This document shows, in pieces, positions 8,765-18,467 of a stretch of 64,000 bases of DNA. The stretch lies in contig CAYFUM010000002.1 in assembly GCA_964346475.1 (NCBI GenBank), forward strand, positions 23,094-87,093, in the 5' to 3' direction. Below the pieces are notes generated by a model. That model saw nothing but the letters and a program-made list of their open reading frames with translations. It made no database searches and was not told the DNA's origin. The number at the start of each line of letters is the position of its first letter. The first letter of the stretch is position 1. The DNA is from an uncultured Peptostreptococcaceae bacterium (lineage in GTDB: Bacteria > Bacillota > Clostridia > Peptostreptococcales > Acidaminobacteraceae). The translations under genes and the position numbers were made by a program.

Positions 8765-10077
8765 GCTATATCCCTAATTTCTCCATCTTCCATATAAACA
8801 AGAGCCCTAATAAGCTGGTCCTTGTCGGCTTTTTTACTAGTAATTTTAAAGGCATCTAAGAAGACTTCCCGGCTTTGGGAAAAAACTTCCTCTCGACTAG
8901 TTTCTAAAGTAGCTAATAGCTGACCTTTTTCAATAAAATCACCTATTTTGTGGGGAAGATAAATACCCGCAGTAGGGTCTACTTTCTCCTCTAGTGTACT
9001 TCTTCCTGCCCCTAGTAAAGAGGCAGCCTGGCCTAGCTTTTGTGTATCAAAGCCTTCAATATATCCCTCCCAGGGGCTAAAGACCTCTTCTTTATACTTT
9101 GCTCTAGCCACTTCAAGGTCCTTTCCACCCTGGGCAAGGACCATTTTATCAAATTTATCCATGGCCTCATTATTTAAGAGTTTTTCTTCGGCCAGGCTGT
9201 AGGCAGCTTTATAATTCGAGCTAAGTCCAGTCATAACTAAGAGCTGGGCGGCCAGGGCCAGGGTAAGCTCCTTAAGATCCTCAGGCCCCTGGCCAGACAA
9301 AATTTCCATAGCTTCAACAACTTCGAGGCCATTACCTATGCTATAGCCCAGAGGCTGCTCCATAGAAGTAACAAGAGCCCTGGTTCTTATACCTGCCCTC
9401 TCCCCTATAGAAACCATAATCCTGGCTAGATGAAGGGCCTCCTCCATGGTTTTTAAAAAGGCTCCGCTTCCTAGCTTGACATCTAAAAGAATATAGTCAC
9501 TTCCGGCAGCTATTTTCTTGCTCATAATACTAGAGGCTATAAGGGCGGGATGGTCTACCGTGGCAGTAACATCTCTTAGGCTGTAGAGGAGTTTGTCCGC
9601 AGGCACCAGGTTTCTTGTCTGAGAAATAATTCCCAGGCCAATATCCTCCACCTGCTTTATAAAGCTCTCCTCGTCTAACTCGGTGCTAAAACCCTCTATC
9701 GCTTCCAATTTATCTATGGTTCCACCAGTGTGGCCTAGACCCCTACCACTCATCTTTGCCACTCTAAGGCCAAGACTTGCCAGGAGTGGTGCCAGGCAGA
9801 GGGTGGTTTTATCTCCTACCCCTCCAGTGGAATGCTTGTCGACCTTTATACCTTCTATTGATGAAAGATCCAGCCTGTCTCCCGACTCTAACATCTCCAT
9901 AGTTAAGTAATAGGTTTCCTCATCATCTAAACCTCGAAGAAAGGCAGCCATAAGCAAGGCTGAAGCCTGATAATCAGGAATTCTCTTCTCTACATAGCCC
10001 TGGATGAAAAACTTTATTTCCTCTCTTGTAAGCTTTCCACCATTTCGCTTTTTATATATAAGATCATAGATTCTCAT
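8755..10077 (-). CDS. pdp: pyrimidine-nucleoside (thymidine) phosphorylase
   Basis: Has the HSTGGVGDKTTL phosphate-binding motif. The probable start is MRIYDLIYKKRNG at 10077; the track ORF begins 7 codons earlier at 10098. Confidence 0.9.
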   Translation of the reverse strand: MRIYDLIYKKRNGGKLTREEIKFFIQGYVEKRIPDYQASALLMAAFLRGLDDEETYYLTMEMLESGDRLDLSSIEGIKVDKHSTGGVGDKTTLCLAPLLASLGLRVAKMSGRGLGHTGGTIDKLEAIEGFSTELDEESFIKQVEDIGLGIISQTRNLVPADKLLYSLRDVTATVDHPALIASSIMSKKIAAGSDYILLDVKLGSGAFLKTMEEALHLARIMVSIGERAGIRTRALVTSMEQPLGYSIGNGLEVVEAMEILSGQGPEDLKELTLALAAQLLVMTGLSSNYKAAYSLAEEKLLNNEAMDKFDKMVLAQGGKDLEVARAKYKEEVFSPWEGYIEGFDTQKLGQAASLLGAGRSTLEEKVDPTAGIYLPHKIGDFIEKGQLLATLETSREEVFSQSREVFLDAFKITSKKADKDQLIRALVYMEDGEIRDIAWN

Positions 10078-10078
10078 T

Positions 10079-11224
10079 TTATACCACACTTCTTCCACGA
10101 ACTGAGCCCTGAGCTCCTAGGTAGCTATAGACAGTAGCAGCAATATTATAAAAGCCTTGAAGGGTCCCTAGGTTTCTTGGACTTAATTTCCTTCCATAAA
10201 CTAAGAGGGGTGTCCTTTCTCTTGTATGGTCAGTTCCCCTAAAGCCAGGATCATTTCCATGGTCAGCGGTTATTATTAAAAGATCATCCTCTCTTAATTT
10301 ATCTAGAATCTCTGGCAGTCTTTTATCAAAGTCCTCCAGAGCTTGAGCATAACCCTGGGGATTTCTCCTGTGACCAAAGTTAGCATCAAAATCTACAAGG
10401 TTTGCAAAAAGAAGTCCTGAAAAATCCCTATCTAGATTCTCTAGGATTAGATCTACTCCATGCATGTTATTGTCACTGTGATAATCCTCTGTAATACCAC
10501 GGGCATTAAAAATATCGGAGATTTTACCAACCCCTATAACATCAAAGTTTTGCTCCTTTAGATGGTCTAAAAGGGTAGCTTCAAAGGGTGAAACAGAAAA
10601 ATCCCTGCGATTGGAAGTCCTGACAAAACTTCCCAGCTCTCCAACAAAGGGCCTGGCTATGACCCTAGCTAGGGCATGGGGACCCACCAAGATCTCTCTT
10701 GCTATCCTGCACATATGATAGAGCTCTTCCGGGGGAATTATATCCTCATGAGCCGCTATCTGGAAGACACTATCATTAGAAGTGTAGACTATAGGCTTGC
10801 CGGTGCTTAAGTGCTCACTACCATAGTCTTCTATTACCTGGGTTCCGCTGTAGGGCCTGTTGCAAAGAATCTTTCTACCGATTTTCTCTTCAAATTTATC
10901 AATTAAATCCTGGGGAAAGCCCTCAGGATAGGTTGGAAAGGCTCGACCAATTTCAAGGCCAGCCATCTCCCAGTGGCCTATAGTGGTGTCCTTGCCCATG
11001 GATTTTTCCACCAGGGCCCCAAAGCTTGCAAGGGGCTGATCCCAGTCCTCTATGTAGTCCACCTTATCAATATTGCCAAGACCCATTTCTATAAGATTAT
11101 TTATGCTAGGACCTGTTTTCATAATCGACTTTAAAGTATTAGAACCTTCATCACCAAAGTCCTTGGCATCTGGTGCATAGCCTATACCTAGGGAATCCAG
11201 TACAATAATTACTACTCTTTTCAC
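10079..11224 (-). CDS. deoB: phosphopentomutase
   Basis: 381 aa with IVLDSLGIG at the N-terminus and the TADHGNDPG metal-site block. Confidence 0.9.
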   Translation of the reverse strand: MKRVVIIVLDSLGIGYAPDAKDFGDEGSNTLKSIMKTGPSINNLIEMGLGNIDKVDYIEDWDQPLASFGALVEKSMGKDTTIGHWEMAGLEIGRAFPTYPEGFPQDLIDKFEEKIGRKILCNRPYSGTQVIEDYGSEHLSTGKPIVYTSNDSVFQIAAHEDIIPPEELYHMCRIAREILVGPHALARVIARPFVGELGSFVRTSNRRDFSVSPFEATLLDHLKEQNFDVIGVGKISDIFNARGITEDYHSDNNMHGVDLILENLDRDFSGLLFANLVDFDANFGHRRNPQGYAQALEDFDKRLPEILDKLREDDLLIITADHGNDPGFRGTDHTRERTPLLVYGRKLSPRNLGTLQGFYNIAATVYSYLGAQGSVRGRSVV

Positions 11225-12810
11225 TTAATTTCACCCCTTGCCCTTTCTATCATCTTGCCTGCTGTTTCAAAGCTAGATTCATTAAGTTGACCGCTCATCA
11301 TAATTGCAAGTTTTTCCTGATGGGCTCTACTATCAAGTTTTAAAGCCCTACTAGTCCCCTGGGACTTTTCCAGATGAAAGTGCTCATCACTAAAGGCTAG
11401 AACCTGGGGCAGATGGCTTATAGCAATAACCTGTCTGTTTTTTGAAAGGCCCTTAATCTGACTAGCTACTTGGTGGGCTACCTTGCCAGAAATTCCAGAA
11501 TCTATCTCATCGAAGATCATTATCTCTCTTCCCTTAGAGATGCTCTTTAGAGCCAGCATTAGTCTACTCATCTCTCCACCAGAAAGCACGCTAGCCATGG
11601 GTCTTAGAGGCCCCCTATTCATAGAAGTTAGAAAGCTCATTCTATAGTGGCCCTGGCTAAAGGGGTAGTCTTCACTCCTCTTTTCAACCTTGAGCTCAAA
11701 GGAAGAATCTGGAAGCTCAAGAAAGCTAAGCACGGCCCTCAGCTCTTCACTCATCTTCTTAAAAACCCTCTTTGATAGTTCCACTAGCTCATCAGAAACC
11801 TTTAAATATTTCTTAAAGGCTGCCTTCTGCTCCCTGATAAGCTCCTTTCTTAACTCATCCTGTCTCTTATCTCTATCTAGAATTTTTTCAATATGAGCCC
11901 TATACTCTAGGATTTCTTCTAAGTTTCTTTGATATTTTTTTCTTGCCTCACTAAGCTCAAGAAATCTATTCTCCTTTTCAATAAGCAGGCTCTCATCAAT
12001 ATCCAGGCTATAGAGGCTGTCCCTAATTTGGTCTCTTATATCCTCTAACTCGTAATTTATATTTTTTAGTCTATCTAGAAGCTCTTCCTGTTTACCATAG
12101 TGCTCAAGTGAGGAGATTCTATCCTCCAGCTGGTAGAGACTGGGTAGTGCTCCATCATCGATAAGGCCAAGGGAGGCTTCAAGGCCGAGGAGGATCTCCC
12201 TGCTGTGGAGGATCTCATCAAAACCTTCCTCCAAGCTCCTATCCTCCTCTAGTCTTATATCAAGCCTAGTTAGCTCCTTTAACTGGGCCTCTAAAGCCTC
12301 CTTCTCCAAGGCAGATAGGTCTCGAGTAATGGAAAGTTCCTGGCTAGCTGCCTCGTAGCTTCTCTTATACTCTGAAATCTCTTCTAGTAGCTTTGAAACC
12401 TCATCACCTGCATAGTCAAAGAGGAGCTTTTGCTGATTGGCCCCGTGTAATAGCAGGGAGTCATCCCTCTGACCATAAAAATCAACTAAGGGTCCAAAGG
12501 TTTCCCTAACAGTATTCAGATTAACCAGTTCTCCATTTATACGAGAAAGACTCCTGCCTGATGGAAAAATTTCTCTGCTTAGTGCTAGGATATCCTTGTC
12601 ATCTTCATAGACCAGCTCAAAGTAGGCTTTTTTTTCAGGGTCCCTTAGATCCTCTCTGGAGACACTCTGTCCCAGTAGTATTCTCAAACCCTCCAAAAGT
12701 ACACTTTTTCCTGAACCTGTCTCACCTGTGATTACATTAAAACCTGGAGAAAACTCCAGGTGGAGGTCCTCCAGTAGTAGATAATTTCTTAGACTAAGTT
12801 CTTTAAGCAT
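11221..12810 (-). CDS. recN: DNA repair protein RecN
   Basis: Has Walker A GETGSGKS, a long coiled-coil middle, and the SMC signature LSGGEMSRL with Walker B IMIFDEID. Confidence 0.9.
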   Translation of the reverse strand: MLKELSLRNYLLLEDLHLEFSPGFNVITGETGSGKSVLLEGLRILLGQSVSREDLRDPEKKAYFELVYEDDKDILALSREIFPSGRSLSRINGELVNLNTVRETFGPLVDFYGQRDDSLLLHGANQQKLLFDYAGDEVSKLLEEISEYKRSYEAASQELSITRDLSALEKEALEAQLKELTRLDIRLEEDRSLEEGFDEILHSREILLGLEASLGLIDDGALPSLYQLEDRISSLEHYGKQEELLDRLKNINYELEDIRDQIRDSLYSLDIDESLLIEKENRFLELSEARKKYQRNLEEILEYRAHIEKILDRDKRQDELRKELIREQKAAFKKYLKVSDELVELSKRVFKKMSEELRAVLSFLELPDSSFELKVEKRSEDYPFSQGHYRMSFLTSMNRGPLRPMASVLSGGEMSRLMLALKSISKGREIMIFDEIDSGISGKVAHQVASQIKGLSKNRQVIAISHLPQVLAFSDEHFHLEKSQGTSRALKLDSRAHQEKLAIMMSGQLNESSFETAGKMIERARGEIK

Positions 12811-12812
12811 AC

Positions 12813-14594
12813 TTATCCTTTTAATATTTCTTCTAGGGATTTACTATCTAGGCCCTGGGATTTTTTAAGTTCCTCTGGACTACCCTGCTCTAAAAAACCA
12901 TCCTCTAGAGTTAGAGCCACTATATCAAAACTTGCCCCTAACTGTTGGGCCAGGCTGCCTGTATATATGTTTTCCTCTATGACATAGACCTTTTCATAGT
13001 TTTTAAATAAGTCTTCTAACTTTTTATAGTCAATGGGAAGGACTACCCTATGATTGTAAAGGTCAAAGCCCAGTTTTTCCTGGAGTCCTAGGAGGCTTTC
13101 CATCATAGAACCATAGCTGACGACAAGTTTCTTTCCATCTCCTGGATAGAGGATGTTTTCTCTTACCCTACCTGGATCTTCCTTAAGGTCGGGACAAGCT
13201 CCTCTGGGATACTTAATAGCAAGTGGCCCCTGGACCTTTACGCTCTCTTCCAGCATGGCCTCCAGTTCATTTTTATCCATGGGTGCCCAAAGCTCCATAT
13301 TTGGAACTATACTTAAAAATGAGGTGTCATAGATACCCTGATGGGTTTCTCCATCGGCTCCTACAATACCACTCCTGTCAATACAGAGGACCACAGGTGC
13401 CCTATGAAGGGCCATATCATGTATCATCTGGTCAAAGCCCCTTTGCAAAAAGGTAGAATAAATAGCCAGATAGGGCTTGAGGCCAGCCAGAGCCATGGAG
13501 CTAGCCATGGTTATGGCAGATTCCTCGGCAATACCAACATCTATAAGCTGATCGGGAAGTTCCCTTTGAAAGCTATCCAAGCCAGTTCCCTGGACCATGG
13601 CTGCTGTTATTGCAAAAATTCTAGAATCCTCCCTGGCTATGGAAAGAAGTTTTCTTCCAAAAACTGCACTAAAATCATTTTTTTCCTTATCTACTAATTC
13701 CTGACTAGCATCAAAACTACCAACACCATGGTAGAGGCTGGGATTAGCCTCGGCATAACCATAGCCCTTACCTTTTTTGGTATGGACGTGAAGGACAGTG
13801 GGACCCTGGTAGTCTTTGATAAGCTCCATGGTTTCAATGAGCTCTTCCAGATTGTGGCCATCAACTGGACCATAGTATCTCAACCCCATCTCATCAAAGA
13901 GGGTCGATGTCATGACCATTTGCCTGAGGTTTCTCTTGAGTCTGGCAAGGCCCTTTTGAAGTCCTGGGCCTAACTGGGGTGCAAGCCTTGTCTTTGCTGC
14001 CAGATAAAGGGGGCTATTTCTTATATGATCAAGCTTTTTAGCTATGGCTCCTACATTGTGGCCTATACTCATCTCATTATCATTTAAGATAATCATGGCT
14101 TTTTCTCCTCGGGCACCCAGAATATTCATAGCCTCAAAGGCCATTCCACCCCCCAAAGCGCCATCACCAATAACTGCTATGTGATAGTTGTCCTTACCCT
14201 GAGCCCTGTCAGCCAGAATAAAACCCATAAGGGCTGAGAGGGAGGTTGTTGCATGGCCTGCGCCAAAGCAGTCATAGGGGCTCTCATGACATTTTAAAAA
14301 GCCACTAATACCACCAAACTGCCTTATGGTATCCATCCTGTCTCTTCTGCCAGTAATTATCTTGTGGGTATAGGTCTGGTGACCAACATCCCATACAATC
14401 CTATCCTCTGGTGCATTGAAGACTTTATGCAGGGCCAGGGTTAATTCCACAGAACCAAGATTCGATGAAAGATGGCCCCCTGTTCTCTCCAAGGTAGCTA
14501 TAATAAAGCTTCGTATCTGGGCTGCCAGGACTTCCATTTCAATAACAGATAACTTCTTTAGGTCCTCTGGGCTATTAATTTTAGAAAGTAGCAT
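12813..14594 (-). CDS. dxs: 1-deoxy-D-xylulose-5-phosphate synthase
   Basis: 593 aa with GHQTYTHKIITGR and the TPP motif GDGALGGGMAFEAMN. Confidence 0.95.
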   Translation of the reverse strand: MLLSKINSPEDLKKLSVIEMEVLAAQIRSFIIATLERTGGHLSSNLGSVELTLALHKVFNAPEDRIVWDVGHQTYTHKIITGRRDRMDTIRQFGGISGFLKCHESPYDCFGAGHATTSLSALMGFILADRAQGKDNYHIAVIGDGALGGGMAFEAMNILGARGEKAMIILNDNEMSIGHNVGAIAKKLDHIRNSPLYLAAKTRLAPQLGPGLQKGLARLKRNLRQMVMTSTLFDEMGLRYYGPVDGHNLEELIETMELIKDYQGPTVLHVHTKKGKGYGYAEANPSLYHGVGSFDASQELVDKEKNDFSAVFGRKLLSIAREDSRIFAITAAMVQGTGLDSFQRELPDQLIDVGIAEESAITMASSMALAGLKPYLAIYSTFLQRGFDQMIHDMALHRAPVVLCIDRSGIVGADGETHQGIYDTSFLSIVPNMELWAPMDKNELEAMLEESVKVQGPLAIKYPRGACPDLKEDPGRVRENILYPGDGKKLVVSYGSMMESLLGLQEKLGFDLYNHRVVLPIDYKKLEDLFKNYEKVYVIEENIYTGSLAQQLGASFDIVALTLEDGFLEQGSPEELKKSQGLDSKSLEEILKG

Positions 14595-15442
14595 CAGTAA
14601 CTCCTCTCTAGTAATCCTTTATAATAGTCAGTCAGTACTGGGTCTTGACTTAGGTGTTTTAGTCTATTTAGAATACTTGTTTTTAATAAATCATAGTCCT
14701 CCTGGGCCCTATCATAGCCTAGGAGCTGGACGTAGGAGTTCTTCATACTTTTTTCATCCTTACCTGGGGTCTTACCCAGGATTTCACTGGTGGAATCCAT
14801 ATCAAGAAGATCATCCTTTATTTGAAAAGCCAAGCCCAGTTCAAGGCCCAGTTCCTTCCAGGCCCCTACCCTAGCTTCATCTAGGCCCCCCTTTATGGCG
14901 GCAGCCTCTAAGGGATGTGCAAGTAGCTTGCCAGTCTTGTTAGAAAGCATTTGAAGAACCAGGTCCTTGTCCATGGATTTTCCCTCATAGCTAAGGTCCA
15001 GCATCTGGCCAAAGATCATGCCCTGATCACCTGCTGCCTTAGCCAGCTTTCTTGCAAGTTCAAGATAAACCTGATCTTTCTTAGCTAACTCAAAGGACCA
15101 CTCATAGGCAAGGTTTAAAAGGCCATCACCGGCCAAAATAGCCAGAGCTTCACCATAAACCATGTGGTTAGTGGGTTTTCCCCTTCTTAGGACGTCATCA
15201 TCCATGGCGGGAAGATCATCATGTATAAGAGAGTAGCAGTGGATCATTTCGATGATGGCGCTATAGTCATAATCAAGTTCACCCAGAGATCCAAAACTCT
15301 CCAGTTGCCTTAAATAAAGCTGACCTCTGACCCTCTTACCGCCGGAAAGAGCTGAATAGGCCATGGCTTCCTGAAGCCTTGAATCCTTAGCCCTAAAGAT
15401 AATTTTTTCAAGACTTGAGTCAATTTTATTTTTGTAGGGCAT
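14594..15442 (-). CDS. ispA: (2E,6E)-farnesyl/geranyl diphosphate synthase
   Basis: Has the two Asp-rich motifs HDDLPAMDDD and KDDLLD. The ATG at 15442 (MPYKNK) has GAGGA 8 nt upstream; the track ORF starts at TTG 15457. Confidence 0.9.
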   Translation of the reverse strand: MPYKNKIDSSLEKIIFRAKDSRLQEAMAYSALSGGKRVRGQLYLRQLESFGSLGELDYDYSAIIEMIHCYSLIHDDLPAMDDDVLRRGKPTNHMVYGEALAILAGDGLLNLAYEWSFELAKKDQVYLELARKLAKAAGDQGMIFGQMLDLSYEGKSMDKDLVLQMLSNKTGKLLAHPLEAAAIKGGLDEARVGAWKELGLELGLAFQIKDDLLDMDSTSEILGKTPGKDEKSMKNSYVQLLGYDRAQEDYDLLKTSILNRLKHLSQDPVLTDYYKGLLERSY

Positions 15443-15599
15443 TGAAATCGTCCTCAATATTCTTATAATAATCCTGAAGCTCCTTGTAGAGCACCATGGC
15501 CTCCTTATAAAGTTCTAGAGCCTGGTCTAACTCAGGAGTTTTACTTAGCTTTTCTTCTATTTCCTCTAAACGCAGGATTTTTTTACTATAGTCCTTCAT
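15426..15599 (-). CDS. xseB: exodeoxyribonuclease VII small subunit
   Basis: Missing from the ORF track (57 aa). My translation is MKDYSKKILRLEEIEEKLSKTPELDQALELYKEAMVLYKELQDYYKNIEDDFNALQK. The start overlaps the xseA stop (ATGA), and it occupies the canonical xseA-xseB-ispA position. Confidence 0.85.
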   Translation of the reverse strand: MKDYSKKILRLEEIEEKLSKTPELDQALELYKEAMVLYKELQDYYKNIEDDFNALQK

Positions 15600-16756
15600 G
15601 ATATCTCAACTTTCTCTATGCCATCATAGAAGTGTAATTCAGCCGGTCCTGGAACTAGCTGGCCTCTTCTTCTTACCCAGCCCTCCTGCTTAATAGCAAC
15701 ATAACCCCTTTTTAATATTTCTTCTGGATTATAAGCCTGGATTTTCTGAAAGAGCTCTTCTAGCCTCCTTTTATCATTATCAAGTCTTTTATTAAAGGAA
15801 AGGCTAACTTCCCTAAGAAGTTCTTCAATTCTCCTCTGGTCATTAACCATACGATGCTCAAAGTGGATATTCATCCTATCCATGAGACTAGCTATTCTCA
15901 ATCTTCTCTTGTCAAGCTCCAGGAGGAGGTTTCTGCCCGAATATTCGAGTCTAGACATAATTCCATCGGCTAGCCTTAAAACCTCTTCTGAGGCCATTTC
16001 AGCTGCCTGAGACGGAGTAGCTCCCCGGGCATCACAGACCAGTTCTGCCAGGGTAAAGTCTATTTCATGGCCTATGGCACAGAGGCTGGGGATCTCTAGA
16101 TTAGCCAGGGCAAGGCAGAGGCTCTCATCATTAAAAACCGACAGATCCTCATAACTTCCTCCACCTCTAGTTAAAACTAAAAGATCAGCTTCGATATTTT
16201 CCAGGCTATCCATTATTGATGAAACTGCCCCACTGCCCTGGACAGTTATAGGATAGAGTACTACCTCACAAAAGGGGTTTCTTTCACTAAATATTTTCAT
16301 AAAGTCTTCATAGGCTGCTCCCGTCGGTGAAGTTAGTAGAGCTATTTTTTCCGGTAGCCTGGGAAGGTTTTTTTTCCTTTCAGGGTCCAAAAGACCCAGC
16401 TGCGAAAATCTATCTCTAAGCTCTAGAAAGGCCTTTAGTAGCTCGCCCTCACCCAGGGGCTCCACCCTTTGTACATAAAATTGCAGCCTTCCTGTTTTTT
16501 CATAAAAGGAAACGCTGCCCCTTAGTAGTACCCTGTCTCCCTCCTGGAAGTCATAGGGGTTATTTGCCACACTAGAGCGATACATTACACAATCAATCGA
16601 AGAATAGTGGTCCTTTATATTGAAGTAATAATGGCCGCTGCCATGGCGAGTAAGCCTGCCAATTTCCGCCTCCACCTCTATCTTATTTAATCGGGGCGAC
16701 AGGGCCAGCTCTCTGGAAATAAGCATATTTAATTGGGATACACTAATCCTATCCAT
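15596..16756 (-). CDS. xseA: exodeoxyribonuclease VII large subunit
   Basis: 386 aa with an N-terminal OB fold (ISVSQLNMLISRELA..) and the catalytic region TRGGGSYEDL. Confidence 0.9.
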   Translation of the reverse strand: MDRISVSQLNMLISRELALSPRLNKIEVEAEIGRLTRHGSGHYYFNIKDHYSSIDCVMYRSSVANNPYDFQEGDRVLLRGSVSFYEKTGRLQFYVQRVEPLGEGELLKAFLELRDRFSQLGLLDPERKKNLPRLPEKIALLTSPTGAAYEDFMKIFSERNPFCEVVLYPITVQGSGAVSSIMDSLENIEADLLVLTRGGGSYEDLSVFNDESLCLALANLEIPSLCAIGHEIDFTLAELVCDARGATPSQAAEMASEEVLRLADGIMSRLEYSGRNLLLELDKRRLRIASLMDRMNIHFEHRMVNDQRRIEELLREVSLSFNKRLDNDKRRLEELFQKIQAYNPEEILKRGYVAIKQEGWVRRRGQLVPGPAELHFYDGIEKVEIS

Positions 16757-17150
16757 GACTTACCACACTACCTAATATACCATTAATAAAGGAAGCAGAA
16801 TCTGGGCTGGAATATACCTTGGATAGTTCCATGGCTTCATTAATGGAAACCTCCTTTGGTATATCATCCAAAAAAAGAATTTCCGCTGTAGCCAGTCTAA
16901 GCAGGGCTAGATCTACCTTGTTCATCCTATCCACAGGCCATTTGAGGGAAAATCCATTCAGCAGGTCATCAATTTTAGGAAGATTTTCAGCCAAGGATTT
17001 TAAAAGATCATGGGCATAATGTAACTCCCTCTCCTGCTTTATTTCATCAAAAATATAGTCAGTAAAAATACCCGGTAAATTGTCCTGGATCTCACAGGCA
17101 TAGATCCACTGCATTAACCTACGCCTGGTGGCCCTTCTAGTCATTAGCAA
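16749..17150 (-). CDS. nusB: transcription antitermination factor NusB
   Basis: 133 aa with TRRATRRRLMQWIYACE and EAMELSKVYSSPDSASFINGILG blocks. Confidence 0.9.
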   Translation of the reverse strand: MLMTRRATRRRLMQWIYACEIQDNLPGIFTDYIFDEIKQERELHYAHDLLKSLAENLPKIDDLLNGFSLKWPVDRMNKVDLALLRLATAEILFLDDIPKEVSINEAMELSKVYSSPDSASFINGILGSVVSHG

Positions 17151-17484
17151 TTCCTACAATTCGAATATTAACCTTGGCTATCTTAATTTCAAGCATACTT
17201 TCCAGGGCATTTTTTACCTTCTCCTGAATTTTAAAGCTAATATCAGAAACCTTAAAGCCCTTGAGAATCGTCACATTCAGCGTAATACCCAGAACCTCAT
17301 TTTCATCTTCAAAACTGATTCCTCTTTGAGGATTCTTCTTTAAGAAGTTTAAGATTTGACTGGGGGCATCAGGTTCTATTAATATAACCCCTTCTATTTC
17401 CTTGACAGCTAAGCTAACTAAATCCTTAATTGCATCCTGACCTATGCTTACTGTGCCGTACTTCATTGTCATAACTTTTTCCAT
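17137..17484 (-). CDS. Asp23/Gls24-family alkaline shock protein
   Basis: Asp23-like sequence (IGQDAIKDLVSLAVKEIEGV...VNIRIVGI). The ATG at 17484 (MEKVMTMKYG) lies 5 nt after GGAGG; the track ORF starts 4 codons earlier. Confidence 0.8.
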   Translation of the reverse strand: MEKVMTMKYGTVSIGQDAIKDLVSLAVKEIEGVILIEPDAPSQILNFLKKNPQRGISFEDENEVLGITLNVTILKGFKVSDISFKIQEKVKNALESMLEIKIAKVNIRIVGIAND

Positions 17485-17511
17485 AAATTCCTCCACTAAT
17501 CGAATTATACC

Positions 17512-17551
17512 AAAAAAAACAGACCTCTTCCACCTTAGGCGGAAAAGGTCT
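17512..17551 (-). terminator. intrinsic terminator after the efp/acidic-protein unit
   Basis: Minus-strand RNA is AGACCUUUUCC-(9 nt loop)-GGAAGAGGUCU followed by G+U8, starting 10 nt after the stop at 17561. Confidence 0.8.
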
Positions 17552-17560
17552 CCTTAAATC

Positions 17561-17887
17561 CTATTCTTCGTCATCTTCAAAAAAATCAAAGTCCTCATCA
17601 TCATAATCAGAGTAGAATAGCTCATCGTCATCATATTCATCATCGAATAGGAAATCGTCCTCTACCTCATAGAAGTCTACTTCTAAGTCAGTTAGATCTT
17701 CATCAATGGCATCTACAACTTCATCCAGTATTGCCACTTCTTCGTCCAGCTCATCCATGAGATAGGTCATCTCATCCAGAAGATCAATTATGCCAAGGAT
17801 TAATTTGGTTTCACTTTTATCTTCATCCAGATTAAGTCCTTCAGCATAGCCCTGCAGGTAATTTAGTTTTTCACGAATATAGCTCAT
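17561..17887 (-). CDS. small hyper-acidic protein of unknown function, conserved position downstream of efp
   Basis: 108 aa. The N-terminal ~40 aa are ordinary helical sequence (MSYIREKLNYLQGYAEGLNL). The rest is almost only D/E with interspersed F/Y/L (..DDEYDDDELFYSDYDDEDFDFFEDDEE). It has its own terminator. Confidence 0.6.
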   Translation of the reverse strand: MSYIREKLNYLQGYAEGLNLDEDKSETKLILGIIDLLDEMTYLMDELDEEVAILDEVVDAIDEDLTDLEVDFYEVEDDFLFDDEYDDDELFYSDYDDEDFDFFEDDEE

Positions 17888-17901
17888 AATATTCCTCCTG
17901 A

Positions 17902-18459
17902 TTACATTCTAGATAGGTATTCACCCGTTCTAGTGTCGACCTTGATAGTATCACCAACATTGATAAAGAGTGGGACATTGACCACCGCTCCAGTTTCTAG
18001 AGTGGCTTTTTTGGTTATATTTGAGGCGCTATCTCCTCTAACTCCAGGCTCTGCTTCGACAACCTCTAGAACAACAAAGTTTGGTGCCTCCACATCTATG
18101 ACCTTGCCAGAGTAAAAGCGTACATCAACTGAATCATTCTCTCTTACATACTTGATAACATCAGCAACCTGTTCTTCATTTAGCTCCAGCTGTTCATAAT
18201 TTTCATTGTCCATGAAAATATAGCTGCTGCCATCATTATATAAGTATTGCATATTCCTTCGCTCTATACGAGCTCTGTTAAAGCGGTCCGATGGATTAAA
18301 GGCTTCCTCTCTTGTTGCACCGGTAATTATGTTTCTATAGGTGGTCCTTACAAAGGCAGCACCCTTCCCAGGCTTAACATGTTGAAAGTCAATTACCACG
18401 TAGGGCTGACCATCTATTTCAAAGGTCACTCCCTTTTTAAAATCATTAGCTGAAATCAT
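17902..18459 (-). CDS. efp: translation elongation factor P
   Basis: 185 aa with the loop [12 protein letters not shown] containing the modified Lys. Confidence 0.95.
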   Translation of the reverse strand: MISANDFKKGVTFEIDGQPYVVIDFQHVKPGKGAAFVRTTYRNIITGATREEAFNPSDRFNRARIERRNMQYLYNDGSSYIFMDNENYEQLELNEEQVADVIKYVRENDSVDVRFYSGKVIDVEAPNFVVLEVVEAEPGVRGDSASNITKKATLETGAVVNVPLFINVGDTIKVDTRTGEYLSRM

Positions 18460-18467
18460 AGGGCCTC

